Made by a program: the position numbers and the translations under genes
Notes under the pieces: model-generated
Database searches by the model: none
Told to the model about the DNA's origin: nothing
Seen by the model: the letters and a program-made list of their open reading frames with translations, nothing else
Shown here: positions 28,601-41,007 of the stretch, piece by piece
How the letters are laid out: the number at the start of each line of letters is the position of its first letter
Numbering within the stretch: position 1 is the stretch's first letter
Assembly (NCBI GenBank): GCA_973851085.1
Contig: OZ316775.1
Location: 11,656,001-11,720,000, forward strand
Direction: 5' to 3'
Origin: Ptychomitrium polyphyllum
Lineage: Eukaryota
Length of the DNA stretch: 64,000 nucleotides

Positions 28601-31600
28601 TGTTTACTAATAATATACCGTATTTGTTTCCGTTGACTGTTCTTTCTGCCTTTCTCCTTTTCCACGCACCCTTCCACATTTTTTATGCCGACTTAACTCT
28701 GGAGCCCTAAAATCAAATTGCTTTTAACCAAGTACGACATCTGAAGAACAGTCAAGTACTTATGGTTTTAGAATAATACTAGAGCTCATCTGTATGATTG
28801 TGTTTCCTATACAGATGGAACTTCTGGACACAATATTGCACGAGTTAGACCAGCAGCTCAACAGTATTCCGAAGAGTGACCTTATAGCACAAGAACCTAA
28901 TATGAGCCGCATGTTACAGGTTGGGGCCTTCAACCACTTTTGTTTCATCTTTTCTTAATTGGTTTTTTCCTGCAAATAGTATTGATTTAAATGAACTAGA
29001 AAATATTTACTATCGAGCATAACAGTCATCAGTGACCCTTCTGAACACCCTCTCTCAAAAGAATCATTCCATCTTCGAAAAGTTCAATTCCTCCTTGAGA
29101 AAGATTGAGGAAATTTTTTGTGGCAAGTTACTAAACTAGACTTATGCCTTCATGCATACATTGCCACATGCCACATACCACATGCTACTATTATTTATTG
29201 GTGATTTCCCACTTTCCAAGATGAGGATGAGGATGAACTGCTGAAGTATGTCATGAAATGATCCATAGATTGAACTTTTGTGGGGCTTTTCAGGATATTC
29301 GTACTCGGACATTTTCTGAAATATCGCGCACACCTATCCCTCCTGAGTTCACATCCGAGGTGACTACAGTATGCAATTCTTACCTTAATTCATTATTTTT
29401 GTCATGATAATAGAAGTCTTGTCAGCTTTCTCATCATGTGCAATTTTTAGTGAAGATATTTGTGGAGCATTTGCAGGTTGTGCCCTCGTATGAGCATGGG
29501 GAGCTCATTCTGAAGAACTATAAGGAAAATCTCAGTCAAACGAGACCCATTATTTTCGTCCCAGGTGGTAATCCAAGTAGTAGTGAAGTATTGCTGAGCA
29601 AGGATGTTGTGTATAGCGAGGTACAAGATCCGTCTTTACTGTTTTTGTGCTGCATATCTTTATTCACTTATATCAATGTATCTTGTTCAGATTATAATAA
29701 TAGATGAATCTCAAGTTCAAGAGAAATTTTTGATGACGCTCGCAAAACTCTTGCTGCCATCAGATTCTGTTTAGGTTGTGCAGGAGTCAGAGGTTGTGTG
29801 TCTTCTGAACTGCAGTTTTACTTTGAGCCAAGATGTGTCTTATCCTCTCTGACATGAACTGTGTGTCTGCAGCCCATCTGTGGTTCAGGTGTTGCATGGA
29901 GACTGAAGGTATTAATGAACTTTGCAGCTGTCGTAGTTAGTGTTTTCTTCCAAATTGGAGATCATCAATAATTATATTTTTAAGCACACTAGTGTCTGAA
30001 ATGGGTGTTTTTCACAGGTGTATCCAAATGGCAGTGGTGCTTCTCAGGGTACCCATCTTTCTGTCTTTCTGGAGGTAAGACGAAGGAAGATAGTTCGTAC
30101 TTGAAAGTTTCGTTCTTCATCTCTACTTAACTGTGCCCATCTGTAAGTAAAACACCCCCAATATACCATAAGTGCTTACACCAAAGTGGCATTTTGAGCA
30201 CCTTCAGGCGCACCATGAGGCTGAGTGTTTTATGAATTTGGAAAGCATTGATGTTGATGTTTAATCATCGGCGAACCTGGCTTGGGTCACTTGTGTATCA
30301 GATGGTAGAGGGCGGAAATGATACAGCAACTTACGAGTATGGTATTGAGCTCCTTCACCGGACTCGTCCTAACCAGCGGATTGTTCGAAAATTCTCCTCT
30401 GACTTCGAGGCAAGTCCCATACTCTACGATTTTGCATTCTCAAAACATCACTCACCATGGGAAAGATTAAGCAAGAGCCTTGTCTGACCATGAGCTGTTG
30501 GATGCATCAGGCAGGAGCATGCTGGGGCTATTACCAGTTTTTTAGGATTGATCTTCTGGAGAAGGAAGGCTACCTCACACCAGAAGAGGACGCCATCACT
30601 CTGCGATTCTACGTTCGGCCTGTCACGTATGCTACTCCACCCTTACAATGCACGGCAGCTAATTTGTGAAAAACACGTTAGCTTGAAGATTCAGAACCTC
30701 TCTATATCATTCTAACTCGGTATGCTTTTCTGGAGTACAGATACCAACAGCAATGCCAGGACTTGCGACGTTCATTAGCAGCATTGCAAGTTGAGCGCGA
30801 TGAATCAGCTATGCAGGTCGAAATCAATCTATCGTACTGAAAGATGAACCATCCTTTATTTCCAAGACTTGTGAATTAGGATCAAGCTAACTTGGGAATT
30901 TAAAAGTAGATCACAAACCATCAGCTAATGCAATCTACAATCTCAACTCGAAATTAACCACTTGGTTTGATTTATAGGTGGCGGTGATTCGAAGAGCATT
31001 TGCAGCGACATTTTTCCAGCGTAGGCGCAGGCGAAGCAGTCGAACATCCGGGCACGTCACAAACGAGCAAGTAGCATTCGCAGCAGGGGCGGGCACCAAC
31101 GTCGCCTCGCCAACCCTAGCTGTGCGAAAACCGAATATCAAGCACGTCCAGACGAAAATGCAAGAGTACAGCAACACAAGGACCAACAAGTGGCTCCCAC
31201 CACAACCTGAAAACCATCCTCACCACCACCACCCCTCCGCCTGCACTGTTGAAGCCCTCACCTCCCAGCCTCCCACCTCCCAAGCACCCGCCCAAGCTCA
31301 CGCAGAACCCCAAACCATTGACCCAGCACCATCTAGCCCCTCCCAAAACCCTCCCAACGACCTGGACCCTACCTTTCCAGACCACCATGAAGACAACCAC
31401 GACAACAGTGCAGGAGCACCATCTGTGGAGCACGCTGTATGCCGACCCATAGACGGGACCCACCAAGTGCTGTGGAGGACGGGCGAAGATCAGTTCTTCC
31501 ACAATCCCAAGATCAGGTCACACAAGAAGCTGCGCAGCAGAAAAGTTCACAAGCTGCACCTCGCTCCTGAGGCGGTCCTCCCCTTCACAGACCTCCCGGG

Positions 31601-31889
31601 CACCACAAGGCTCTGTGTAGTGGAGGCCGGCCCGTCCGTCACTGCAATGAACGATGCTCCTCCAGCGCCTGTGAGCTCGAGCTCGAGCGCGAATGGCGAT
31701 GGCGATGATTCCCTTTCCTTGAGAGAGGGACTCAACGGCACGGCGATAGGACCCTCTGTTGTGGTTGATGAAGTCGATGTTCTTGAGGAGATTGAAGAGC
31801 AGAACAAGTATCCGTATTATAGTTCTATGTCTGGCTCTAGCAACAACTTCTGTACTCCTGAGATTGAAGACTGGGGCAACCTCAAGTAG
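25658..31889 (+). CDS. TRIM37: TRIM37-like E3 ubiquitin ligase (RING, B-box2, coiled coil, MATH), multi-exon
   Basis: Exons include 25658-25921, 26417-26755, 26892-26951, 27134-27232, 27406-27452, 27722-27808, 27914-28011, further short exons, 30302-30409, 30511-30626 and 30978-31889. Spliced: [50 protein letters not shown]; B-box CPAHDSPLLYFCTTCSVAVCSDCAVLIEDHRNH; MATH WRLKVYPNGSG..HLSVFLE..FSSDFEAGACWGYYQFFRIDLL. Start codon less certain. Confidence 0.9.
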
Positions 31890-33386
31890 CCTTGGCTTGG
31901 CGACGAGTTGCATTTCTTCTGATAAGGGTTCTGTTAACAATGGCTATGGCGTTGAAGTGAAACAAGCGAGATTTCTGCACTCCTTAGCTTGAAGAATGGA
32001 GTTATCTCAAGTAGCTGTGGCTTTAAGAGTTTGTGTTCTTCTGACAGGAGTTCTGGTGAGGCTTCAGGTAACCAAGTTGCGTTCTTGGTATAGCTATGGC
32101 GTTGATGTGAAGCAGTGAAGTAGAGAGTATGGGATGAGCTTTGAAGTTGAGCCTTGTGGAATGATGCCGTGACCTGGTTCTGTAAAGAAGGGCGGCGTAT
32201 GCAAGACTTGGCTGCAACTCCTGGTATGCCACGTGAGTCATGTATCGACATATGGTTGGGTGTGAAGACTGTTCGAGGCTCAGCCAGCTCTTGGAAGTGT
32301 TTGACATGTTATTATTGTGTTGTGAAAATTGAAGAGATCAACAGTCAAGAAGCACTACTCAGTCTTAAGCGCATGAATGTATATCTTCGGTTGTGCATGA
32401 ACGCAAAGAGAAGAACTTTGGCATTTAGAGAGGCCAGAGCGAATAAAAGCTTACGTCTCCTTTAAATTTTGTGCCCACGTCCACCTGACAGAGAAGAAGC
32501 CTAGACTCAGTACATCAAGATCTGAATCTACTTCTGGTGGAACGACTCAGGATTACCTGGGAGTAGCTGACTCTGTAAGTTATCATGTAAACATTTGAGT
32601 TCAACTACGAGAAGTGGCAATTAACCCCTAGAGTTGAGGCGATTCTGAGCCAAGTGGAGAGGGTGGCTGTGAATTGCAGCTGTTGAACAAGCACAAGAAA
32701 TTTGTGAACAAGCCATGTGAGGAATGAAGTTCCTGGATTAAACAAAGGTTGCACATTGCAAATTCATTTGCAGGCTAGTCTAAAATTAGTAGAAAAAACT
32801 CTCTTTGTTATTATCTCAAATCTTTGAATAAACTATAAATTATCATTTCAATGATGATGAAAGTAAACTCTGGCATTTAAGTGGTTTTAACATTTAAAAG
32901 AAAAATCTAATAGATTTTTAACACATGTTCTTTCAAAGTACTATTTGTATCAAATGCTATGAATAAAGTTTCCCAAATCCAACATTTCCCACTCAATTTT
33001 TTGAAAAACTCTGACATTAAAAATTTTATAAATTTGAAAGACGATGTATTTGATTTCATAAATAAGTCATCAAATATAAACCAAAGTCCATAAAAATATT
33101 AAATTTGAAGAGTTGTAAGTTACTAGGTTAAGGTAGACGGACCAGAAAGGATTTGAATAAATAAAGCACCAAAATATGTGGCACACTTATAACCACACAA
33201 CCCGAGGAATTCATATTGAAGAAAACTCATAGATTGTTTCCAAATTAGAACATCATGAAGTACCATCAGGTGATTTAGGTCACTACCGGTAACTGCAAGA
33301 ACGGTGTTCGAGTGTCAAAAAATTGCAAATGGAGCAAATCGTCCTTATTGATAAGTTGATAACCCATTCAGCCTTCTGGAATCCAG

Positions 33387-33455
33387 ACCAGGTGCAACAT
33401 ACCTCAAATATACCAGGTGCAATATACCTCAAATATACCAGGTGCAATATACCTC
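33387..33455. repeat. 25-bp tandem repeat, ~2.8 copies
   Basis: Unit ACCAGGTGCAAYATACCTCAAATAT repeated head to tail. Confidence 0.9.
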
Positions 33456-34065
33456 GAGTTACCTGCAGTATATGAATTTAATTTGCATTGAATAAAGTTG
33501 GATGTAGTAAGAAAGAAGAAAAGAATTGAAAGGAAAGAAAAAGAATTACCTAAGTTGGGTTGTAAGTTACTTAGCTACCTGAGACCTAATTTACTTACAG
33601 GTAGGGTACCCTTCAAATAAGTGGGCACCCCCTCGTCTCGTTGCACAATACTACTCCCTGAGTAAGGGGTGCAATAGGGGCACTCTCCTATATCTGAAAT
33701 GAATGGCCCCTCAAAATCCCAAAATTGATTGCACAAACAACCCCGCCAATGTTCTGCAAAAAACCTGTGCAACAAGTTGTAGAATTTGCTTTCTTGCTTT
33801 CGCTTTCACAATCATTTGCTCAAAATTCAAGCGAGCGCGTCATAAAAACGTTGCTGGCATCAGAATCACCAAGACGCAGACAAGCAGATGACTCAGAATT
33901 GGAAGTGAAGCGCATTCTGAATTTTGAAACCCACAATTGAATACAGGCCTCACAATCATAAGAAAATAAATGACTGAACTTTACACAACAACCGCAACAC
34001 GGAGTATGCCAGAAACCAGGCCCTTAGATTGAGATGATTACAAAAATTAAACAGATAATTTCAAT

Positions 34066-35300
34066 CTAGATGATACCAATCTTGTTAGCCACATCGAGCG
34101 CATCATAGTCTGCCGTCAATCTCACGTAAGCCTTCTTAGCTCCATCAGGTCTGAAAGGACAGGACAATAGGTTAGTCATGATCTGACAAGTTGGAGAATG
34201 AAATATGAGCAGCATGAATGCCCTCATTCCAATTAATTTGAATAATATAATGCTGAACACTCGAAACGAAGTACATGATAACCCATTTGTTAGGGGTTCT
34301 AATGAAGTTTTCCAAGCCGTAACAATCGAACCACCAAAGAACTGCAGCCTGCTACTCATATTAAAATAGTCTAGCCTCCCTCACATTAACACTACACGGG
34401 CACAATTCGTATCGCTGTGACTCTTATATAACCTGTTTACAGGCTGTGTAGAAGTCAAAGAAAGACTAGGGCCCAAATAGATGTGAAGCTGCCCAGCCTC
34501 CCATCATACCGAATGAATAGTATAGGGTTATCACAAACCAAAACTCATGACTAAACTGACTTCAGAAAACTACAGAATTGTCTGTCAAGAAGTCCGGACG
34601 AGCTTCAGGCAAGGGTTCGATAACGAAAGTAACAGTGGCATTACCACCACAGAAATCGTCAGAAATCTTTCAAAGGAGACAGCCGCCAGTAAAACCCTAA
34701 GCACCTCATGTGGCGGACATTCCACATTCTAAATACTAATACGAGAATAGACACATACTAAAGCCCTCCATATGCATTTATCCACAGAAACATGTGGAAC
34801 CTAAAGAATGCCATGAGTAGGGTGCCAAATCAACACAACCCCCACGACACCAGATTCCTAAACCCTAACGCATTGCACGACGACAAAAGAAAAACACCAA
34901 ATAAGCCGGTGGAGAAACTCAATTACCTGATCAATGTATTGACCTTCTTGGTCTGGATGTCGTACATCTTCTTGACAGCCTCCTTGATCTTCTTCTTATC
35001 AGCCCGCACGTCCACGATGAACACCAAGGTGTTGTTGTCCTCAATCTTCTTCATGGCTGACTCAGTAGTGAGCGGATACTTGAGCACCTCGTAGTGGTCG
35101 AGCTTGTTGCGGCCAGGGGCGCTGAGGCGCGGGTACTTGGGGGCTCTGGCGCGCTTGAGAGTCTTGGGGCGGTGGAACGTGACGGAGGTGCGCACCTTGC
35201 GCCACAGCTTCTTCACGGGCTTGGTGGTGGTCTTGAGCGCCTTCGCGGCCTTGGTGGCCTTGGCCACCTGCGGGTTGGCAACCTTGGAAGGGGGCGCCAT
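34066..35300 (-). CDS. RPL23A: 60S ribosomal protein L23a (uL23), two coding exons: 35300-34927 and 34150-34066
   Basis: [77 protein letters not shown], with a GT-AG intron. Confidence 0.97.
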
Positions 35301-35397
35301 GCTGTAGCACGAGCGAGGCGATGACAATGCAACGGAGCTCTGCGGTGGGCTATGGCGGCCTCGGAGCTTGCGAAAGGAAAAGCCCCTCGCCAAGGGT

Positions 35398-35405
35398 TAG
35401 GGTTT
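35398..35405 (-). promoter_or_regulatory. Telo-box upstream of RPL23A
   Basis: AAACCCTA on the minus strand ~100 bp before the ATG, with a site-II-like TGGGCT at 35346-35351. This pairing is typical of plant ribosomal protein genes. Confidence 0.6.
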
Positions 35406-37345
35406 TACACCCTCCGCCCTCCATGCCCCTGCTCCTGCGTTCATCCTCAGTGCATTCATCCTCTATTGTTCATCCATCTTCGACGATATGCATCAATCTT
35501 CGGTGCACTGACAGTACTGAGCATTTGTGGAATGGTTTAACAAGTTGGTAAGGAACTCTCTAGTGTGGAAATTATTTTACTTCAGTTACTTTTTTATGAT
35601 TTTAAAAGAATTTTTTAATACTTTCACAAAATCAGTTTTTCAAAATTAGTGTATAATACAAATCTTTCAAAATAAATTTTAGGGAAAAAGCGTTCTCAGG
35701 AATTTAAATTATTTTAGTGTTTGAACCTTTTTATTAGGAATAGGATGTTGTCAACAGTTATAGTGGATCAACTTAGATATTGCTACCTTATTCTTTGTCA
35801 ATTTACAAATTGCACTACCATTGCACTAGAAGAAATAAGAAACTTCTTGCTAAACTTTTTGGATTAACCTCTTTTAGCACATACCAAAAGTTGAGTTACA
35901 AAATATCTCTCTGAAATTCTTTGATCTTCCTTGAAGATACATTTTGAAACAATTTGCATAAACTTGTACACAATAAATTTTTTATTTTTGAAGCTAGAGT
36001 TGCTACTAAAACTACTGTTTTGAGGTTGAGAATGATTCAATATTCAAGAACCACTTATTTCCAGTAATCCATCCATCCGGACTTCTAATACTTAAGCACC
36101 TGGATGGTGTATTTTGATTATGTTGCAACAAATTCTAATTCAATCTTTTTATTCATGGTATTCATATATCTATGCATTTACATTGAAAAATTAAGTGTTT
36201 ATTTATATTTTATAAATGGAAAGTTTTTATTATGTTTTTATTAATTTAAAATTCAATAAAATAGTTATTATTTAAAATGAATTAACAACATTTTGATAAA
36301 AGTGATTAAAAATACAAGCGGTCGTTTAGAATAGAGGGTTGTGAACTTTTAATGATAATAAAAACAAAAATGAATAATACATTGCCTTTTTTATATATGC
36401 ACTTAGTTTATAATCAAAATATATGATTGTATTGAAGTGGTATACAAAAGATGTTATACTTTTTTACATTAATATGACTCAAAATGCAATAATCAATTCA
36501 TGTTTTATAATTTGACAATGAAATTGTATACAAAGATTTTTTGCATTCAATAGAAAGTTTTGTCTATAATAAATAAATCATATAATTCATGCCATTTAGT
36601 GACTATTTATGTGGTAGTATACATTAAAGTAATTAGATATTATATATAAGAGATGTTTTTAGAATTAGTTTAATAAATATATTAGTATTGAATTCAAATT
36701 AAATTATTCACTTATTTACATGTATAAATAATTTTAAAGTGAAGTAAACAAAAACCAAATAAATATGCCAATGGATAATTAAACTTATTTTTTACATGGT
36801 AGCAAAAGAAATGGCCACAATATGGTCTTGGTGAAAAAAAAAAGGGGGTTAATAATGGATCATTTTTCTTATTCCTATGTAACTATTAAATAAGTGACTA
36901 TAATATGGTTTATCCTTGATTTCTTTTAGACTTGGTAAATAAAATTTAAAAAAAATTGTAATGCATGAGAAACATACTGTAATTGATCATCAAACTTGAA
37001 ATCGTAATATAAAATGTAAAATTTTCAAATATTCCAAAGTGGAATAAAAACAAAACTTGCTAAAGCTTTAGTATGTTAATGAACTCCAAATGCAACATGG
37101 ATCCTTCAAATGACCTATAACTAGAGAAGACAAGTCAATTAATAGATCTTTGATGTGCTGACATTTCATACAAGCTTTGATATAGTTGTAAGAATAAAAA
37201 AGTAAAAAAGCTAACAATATATAATAAACAATAACGAATAAATAGTATATAATATAAGTAAGTTTTATAAGTACGAACAGACAAACAGGAGAGGACTAGG
37301 GACTATAACTAGAAGGTTCCTTTTTGTAGAACGTACAGAACATAC

Positions 37346-37396
37346 AGGCAACACAAGGCAACACAAGGCAGCACAAGGCAGCACAAGGCAGCACAA
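37346..37396. repeat. 10-bp minisatellite (AAGGCARCAC)n
   Basis: Several consecutive 10-bp units; they account for the LVLPCAALCC repeat ORFs. Confidence 0.9.
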
Positions 37397-39200
37397 GGCA
37401 GCACAAGGCAACACAATCCATTCTTCAGGGTACGGACGTTCCCTAAAGCCTTGCATGCAGCGATCGTCGTCCAATGCATGCATGCACGTGAGCGATGGCC
37501 ATGGCCAAGGTCCGGTAGAACCAGTCCAGCGTCACGGCACCTTCGCCAGGCCCACACCAACCGTGACAGTGAAAAGAAGGCGCAAGCAACTCATCGGCAA
37601 CTGACTGTCAATCCTTGCTCATGTATAAACCAGCCCTCTGCATCTCCGGGGATCAGCATCTTTCAGTGGCGCCATGCGTGCAGGGAGGGTCGGGTTGTGA
37701 CTAACCCATGGCGAGGATGCAGCAGTGCCCTGGACGTGAGCACCGGCTTGATGTGGCTTTCTAACCATCGATGCACATTAACAATGACACGGCAGTTAGC
37801 CAGGTAATATGATTGCAGTGGACTGTACACCGGCGTAATTGCTGCAGCCTCCACTGATATCGACATCGGCTTGCCCGTGCTCTCGGACACGCGAGGCCGA
37901 GTCTAAGGACGTGTATGGGAGTTGCCGGCATGGATTGATGCTTCGACATGCGCGGTTGCAATCGGGACTGAAGGCCGTCTGGGATGGCGTCGTGAAGGTA
38001 CTCTGCTTTATTCAACATATATCCATACGTGCAATTTTGTGGGAATGAATGTGTCTCTGCAAGTGACGCAGCGCTTCAGGGCCGAGCGGATCAGCTGTGC
38101 ACGACAGTCTAGCAAGCGATGCTTCTAGCATTGAATACTACGCCTGTTGCATAACGCTGCGATTAGCTTTTGTCATGTCGCAGGTTATGTTCAAGCTCAG
38201 TAGGATAGTTTCCTCTTTGCCAACTGCAGCTTGGAATGCTACCATTTGTCTCTGCTGTACCAAGACCTTTTCCATTTCAGGCTTGTCCCTCAGAGTACTT
38301 CATTGCACTTAATTGTCTTAGATTTTAATTATCCTGCTGCTTGATTACCGTAGTTATGCTTGCACGTGACTACCATGGTGCCTATATTGACAGGCTGGCC
38401 ATGACAGGATCTACCGGCTCTGCAATCGCAGGGCCAGACCCTCGTGGACAGGAGCTGAAATTGCAAATACTTTGGAGGGCATCACGAATGATCCCCTTCG
38501 AAGGGTGGGTACCGATTAGTTCATTATTCGGAGTCATTGTTGAGTCCAGTGGCGTTCCAACATAACAAGCACTCAGATGTAGACCATGCTGTATGATGTT
38601 AGATTATAAATGATTTGTGTGTATGCTAAGGAGTTTTGGTAGGACACTGCATTTGATATCAATCAGTTCGTCGGCACTTAGGTACCAGAGCGGTCCGTAT
38701 AAGGGTCCACACAGGAGTTCATATGTCAGGCTGCGATTATCAGATTTATTTGACCTCAAGTGTGCAGACCAGGTCTTGTAGCAAATGCCGTCTTTCTAAC
38801 CTAATTTAGAGGCAAAATAGCAGCCTACCCTTCATTGACAATGCAATGCTCCGCAACCGTAAGCCGTAAGCATAGACACAATATTCTTAAATCCTCAAAT
38901 CAGCCGCATCAATAGTATAAACATATACTACATTTGCAATACAATATCATTGTTGTGCACAGATAAATGACAAAATTACTACCTAAATCTCGCAGTCTGC
39001 AGTTAGCGCAAACATAACCTAGACATCATTGCACAGAAACAACTCACACAGAAATCGCTAACATACACCCCAACCTTCATTCCAACGTAACAACATCAAT
39101 CACAAAATACTGATCCTTCCTCTCCTAACCCTCTCAATCCGAATTGAATCACAATCCCCAATCCTACCCCTTCCTTTCGACACCACATCGTTTATATTCT

Positions 39201-39268
39201 CACATCTTTCATATAACCTTTAAACACCACCTCTTTCATATAACCTTTAAACACCACATCTTTCATAT
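39201..39268. repeat. 27-bp tandem repeat, ~2.5 copies
   Basis: Unit CACMTCTTTCATATAACCTTTAAACAC. Confidence 0.85.
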
Positions 39269-41007
39269 TCTCTACACATGGTTGAAGAGCGAAACATGGT
39301 TTTTACTAAATTTGGACTTTTAAAGAAATTTTAAAACGCCAACTTTATGGGAAGTTACCCCCAAAAACGTCACCCGTGAAGTACTATACTCATCGTCCCC
39401 CGCTTTTTTACTTCTATACTCATGTAGCCTACAAACAGGCTAATCTTATGCGTGAAGCAGAAATTCAGGCTACTGCTTTGGACAGCATCATGTGCCCCTC
39501 CGCGCTCATTGGAGCCAAATCCGGGAAAATGAAAAAGTGCACGAGCCGCACCATTCGGAGTCGCCAACTGAGTGAGGTAATTTGCATTTGGCCTAGTGTC
39601 TACAGTCCCAGCCCCCACTCCTACCATTTTCTACGTTCCTCAAAGCAGCTATACTCTATCAGAACACGTACTATTTCAGTGCTTATGAGATTTGTATTTT
39701 TCTGACGTATGATACTTGCCTTCGCCCATAGCATGCTGTTTAATTCTATAAAGATTAAAGAAACTCTACTTGTGATTTATACTCATGGATCTAATCTGGT
39801 CTTGAGAGTACGTTGGAAACAGCAAAACACCAAAATCTTGTTTCAAGGATGTGGTGCTAGCCGGTGGAAGAATTTTGAGCTTCTTTTGGACTCCGGAGAT
39901 TCTGACGGGCGATTGCAGACATTAGTCACGACGGAACTCGAGCAAGCCTGTGCTGACGAAATGTCCTATTACATTCTTGCAGTTAGGTCACGCCTTTGAA
40001 CATGTGAGTCTTAGTATTAGTCTTAGTATGATTTTTGAGAATTTCAAACCCAGATTCTTTCAAAAGGATTCGATTTGAATAGAAGAAGCTCTAGTATTTT
40101 TCCCTATTATTGTCGGAGTGCATGCTATTAATCCAGCAACATGTCTAGAATCAGCACTAGAAAGGACTTGTATTCTTCTATCAAGTGGTTGAATCTAGGA
40201 CAAAAATATAAGTCTCTACAGTAAGATGCAGTAAAACTGCTTTTTTCAAGCGATACAAAAGCAGCTGAGAACAGATCCAGCAAAGAAGGACAATGTTTGA
40301 GTCATTGCAGCAAACAAACCATGTACTTAATCAACCAGATTTGATTATGCAATATACAAGCTCAAGCAGGCGGGCCACGAGAACTTGGATACTCTATTTC
40401 ATCTTCGTACTTGGGAACTTCTATTTCATCTTCACAGTTGTTCTCTCTTGCCTCAAGCTATTTTCAAAGCTCTCTTTGTACCAAAATAAAAAAATATACC
40501 GAAAGGCTCTTGGCATGAGGATTCACACAAAATTTAGACGTACATGTTGCAGGTGATCTTTATGGAATGAACTTGTGCCATATTTCATATTAATCTATTA
40601 AACTACTAAACTGCAGTCATTCAAAGCTGGACCCTCAATTGGATTATCTTGTGGCACAGATAAGCGCAAGCCTGAGAGACTACTGAAACGCCGAAAAAAT
40701 TAATTTCATAGAGAATTAGTTAGTTCACAATAAAACGACTTGTTGCTGTTAAGCTCATTCAAGCCTTAACATCCTTCTGACCCTAATAAATTAGTGTCAT
40801 AATCTCCTAACACTAATTCAACGATCTCTTCTTGAACTATGGTCTGAATTGAATCGCTACTTCATTCTCCTGAAAAGTAGGACAGAAAAGTAAAATCTAA
40901 AACAATGCTTCAGCCGCATTTTTGCTGAGCTGGCTCAATCACAGAAACTTATTCGAATTAAATGAAAGAATTCTTCAAATTCAACCGTAAACATAGAGAT
41001 TGATGCT

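Noticed and set aside
34923..35393. 156-aa RPL23A ORF with an extended N-terminus
   Set aside because: The extension uses a non-ATG start; the real start is the ATG at 35300.
37265..37560. Cys-rich ORFs with LVLPCAALCC repeats
   Set aside because: Translation artefact of the 10-bp minisatellite.
38193..38213. miR390-like string AAGCTCAGTAGGATAG (possible TAS3 target site on the minus strand)
   Set aside because: It needs a mismatch and a gap near the centre, and I found no second site or properly spaced tasiRNA motifs nearby.
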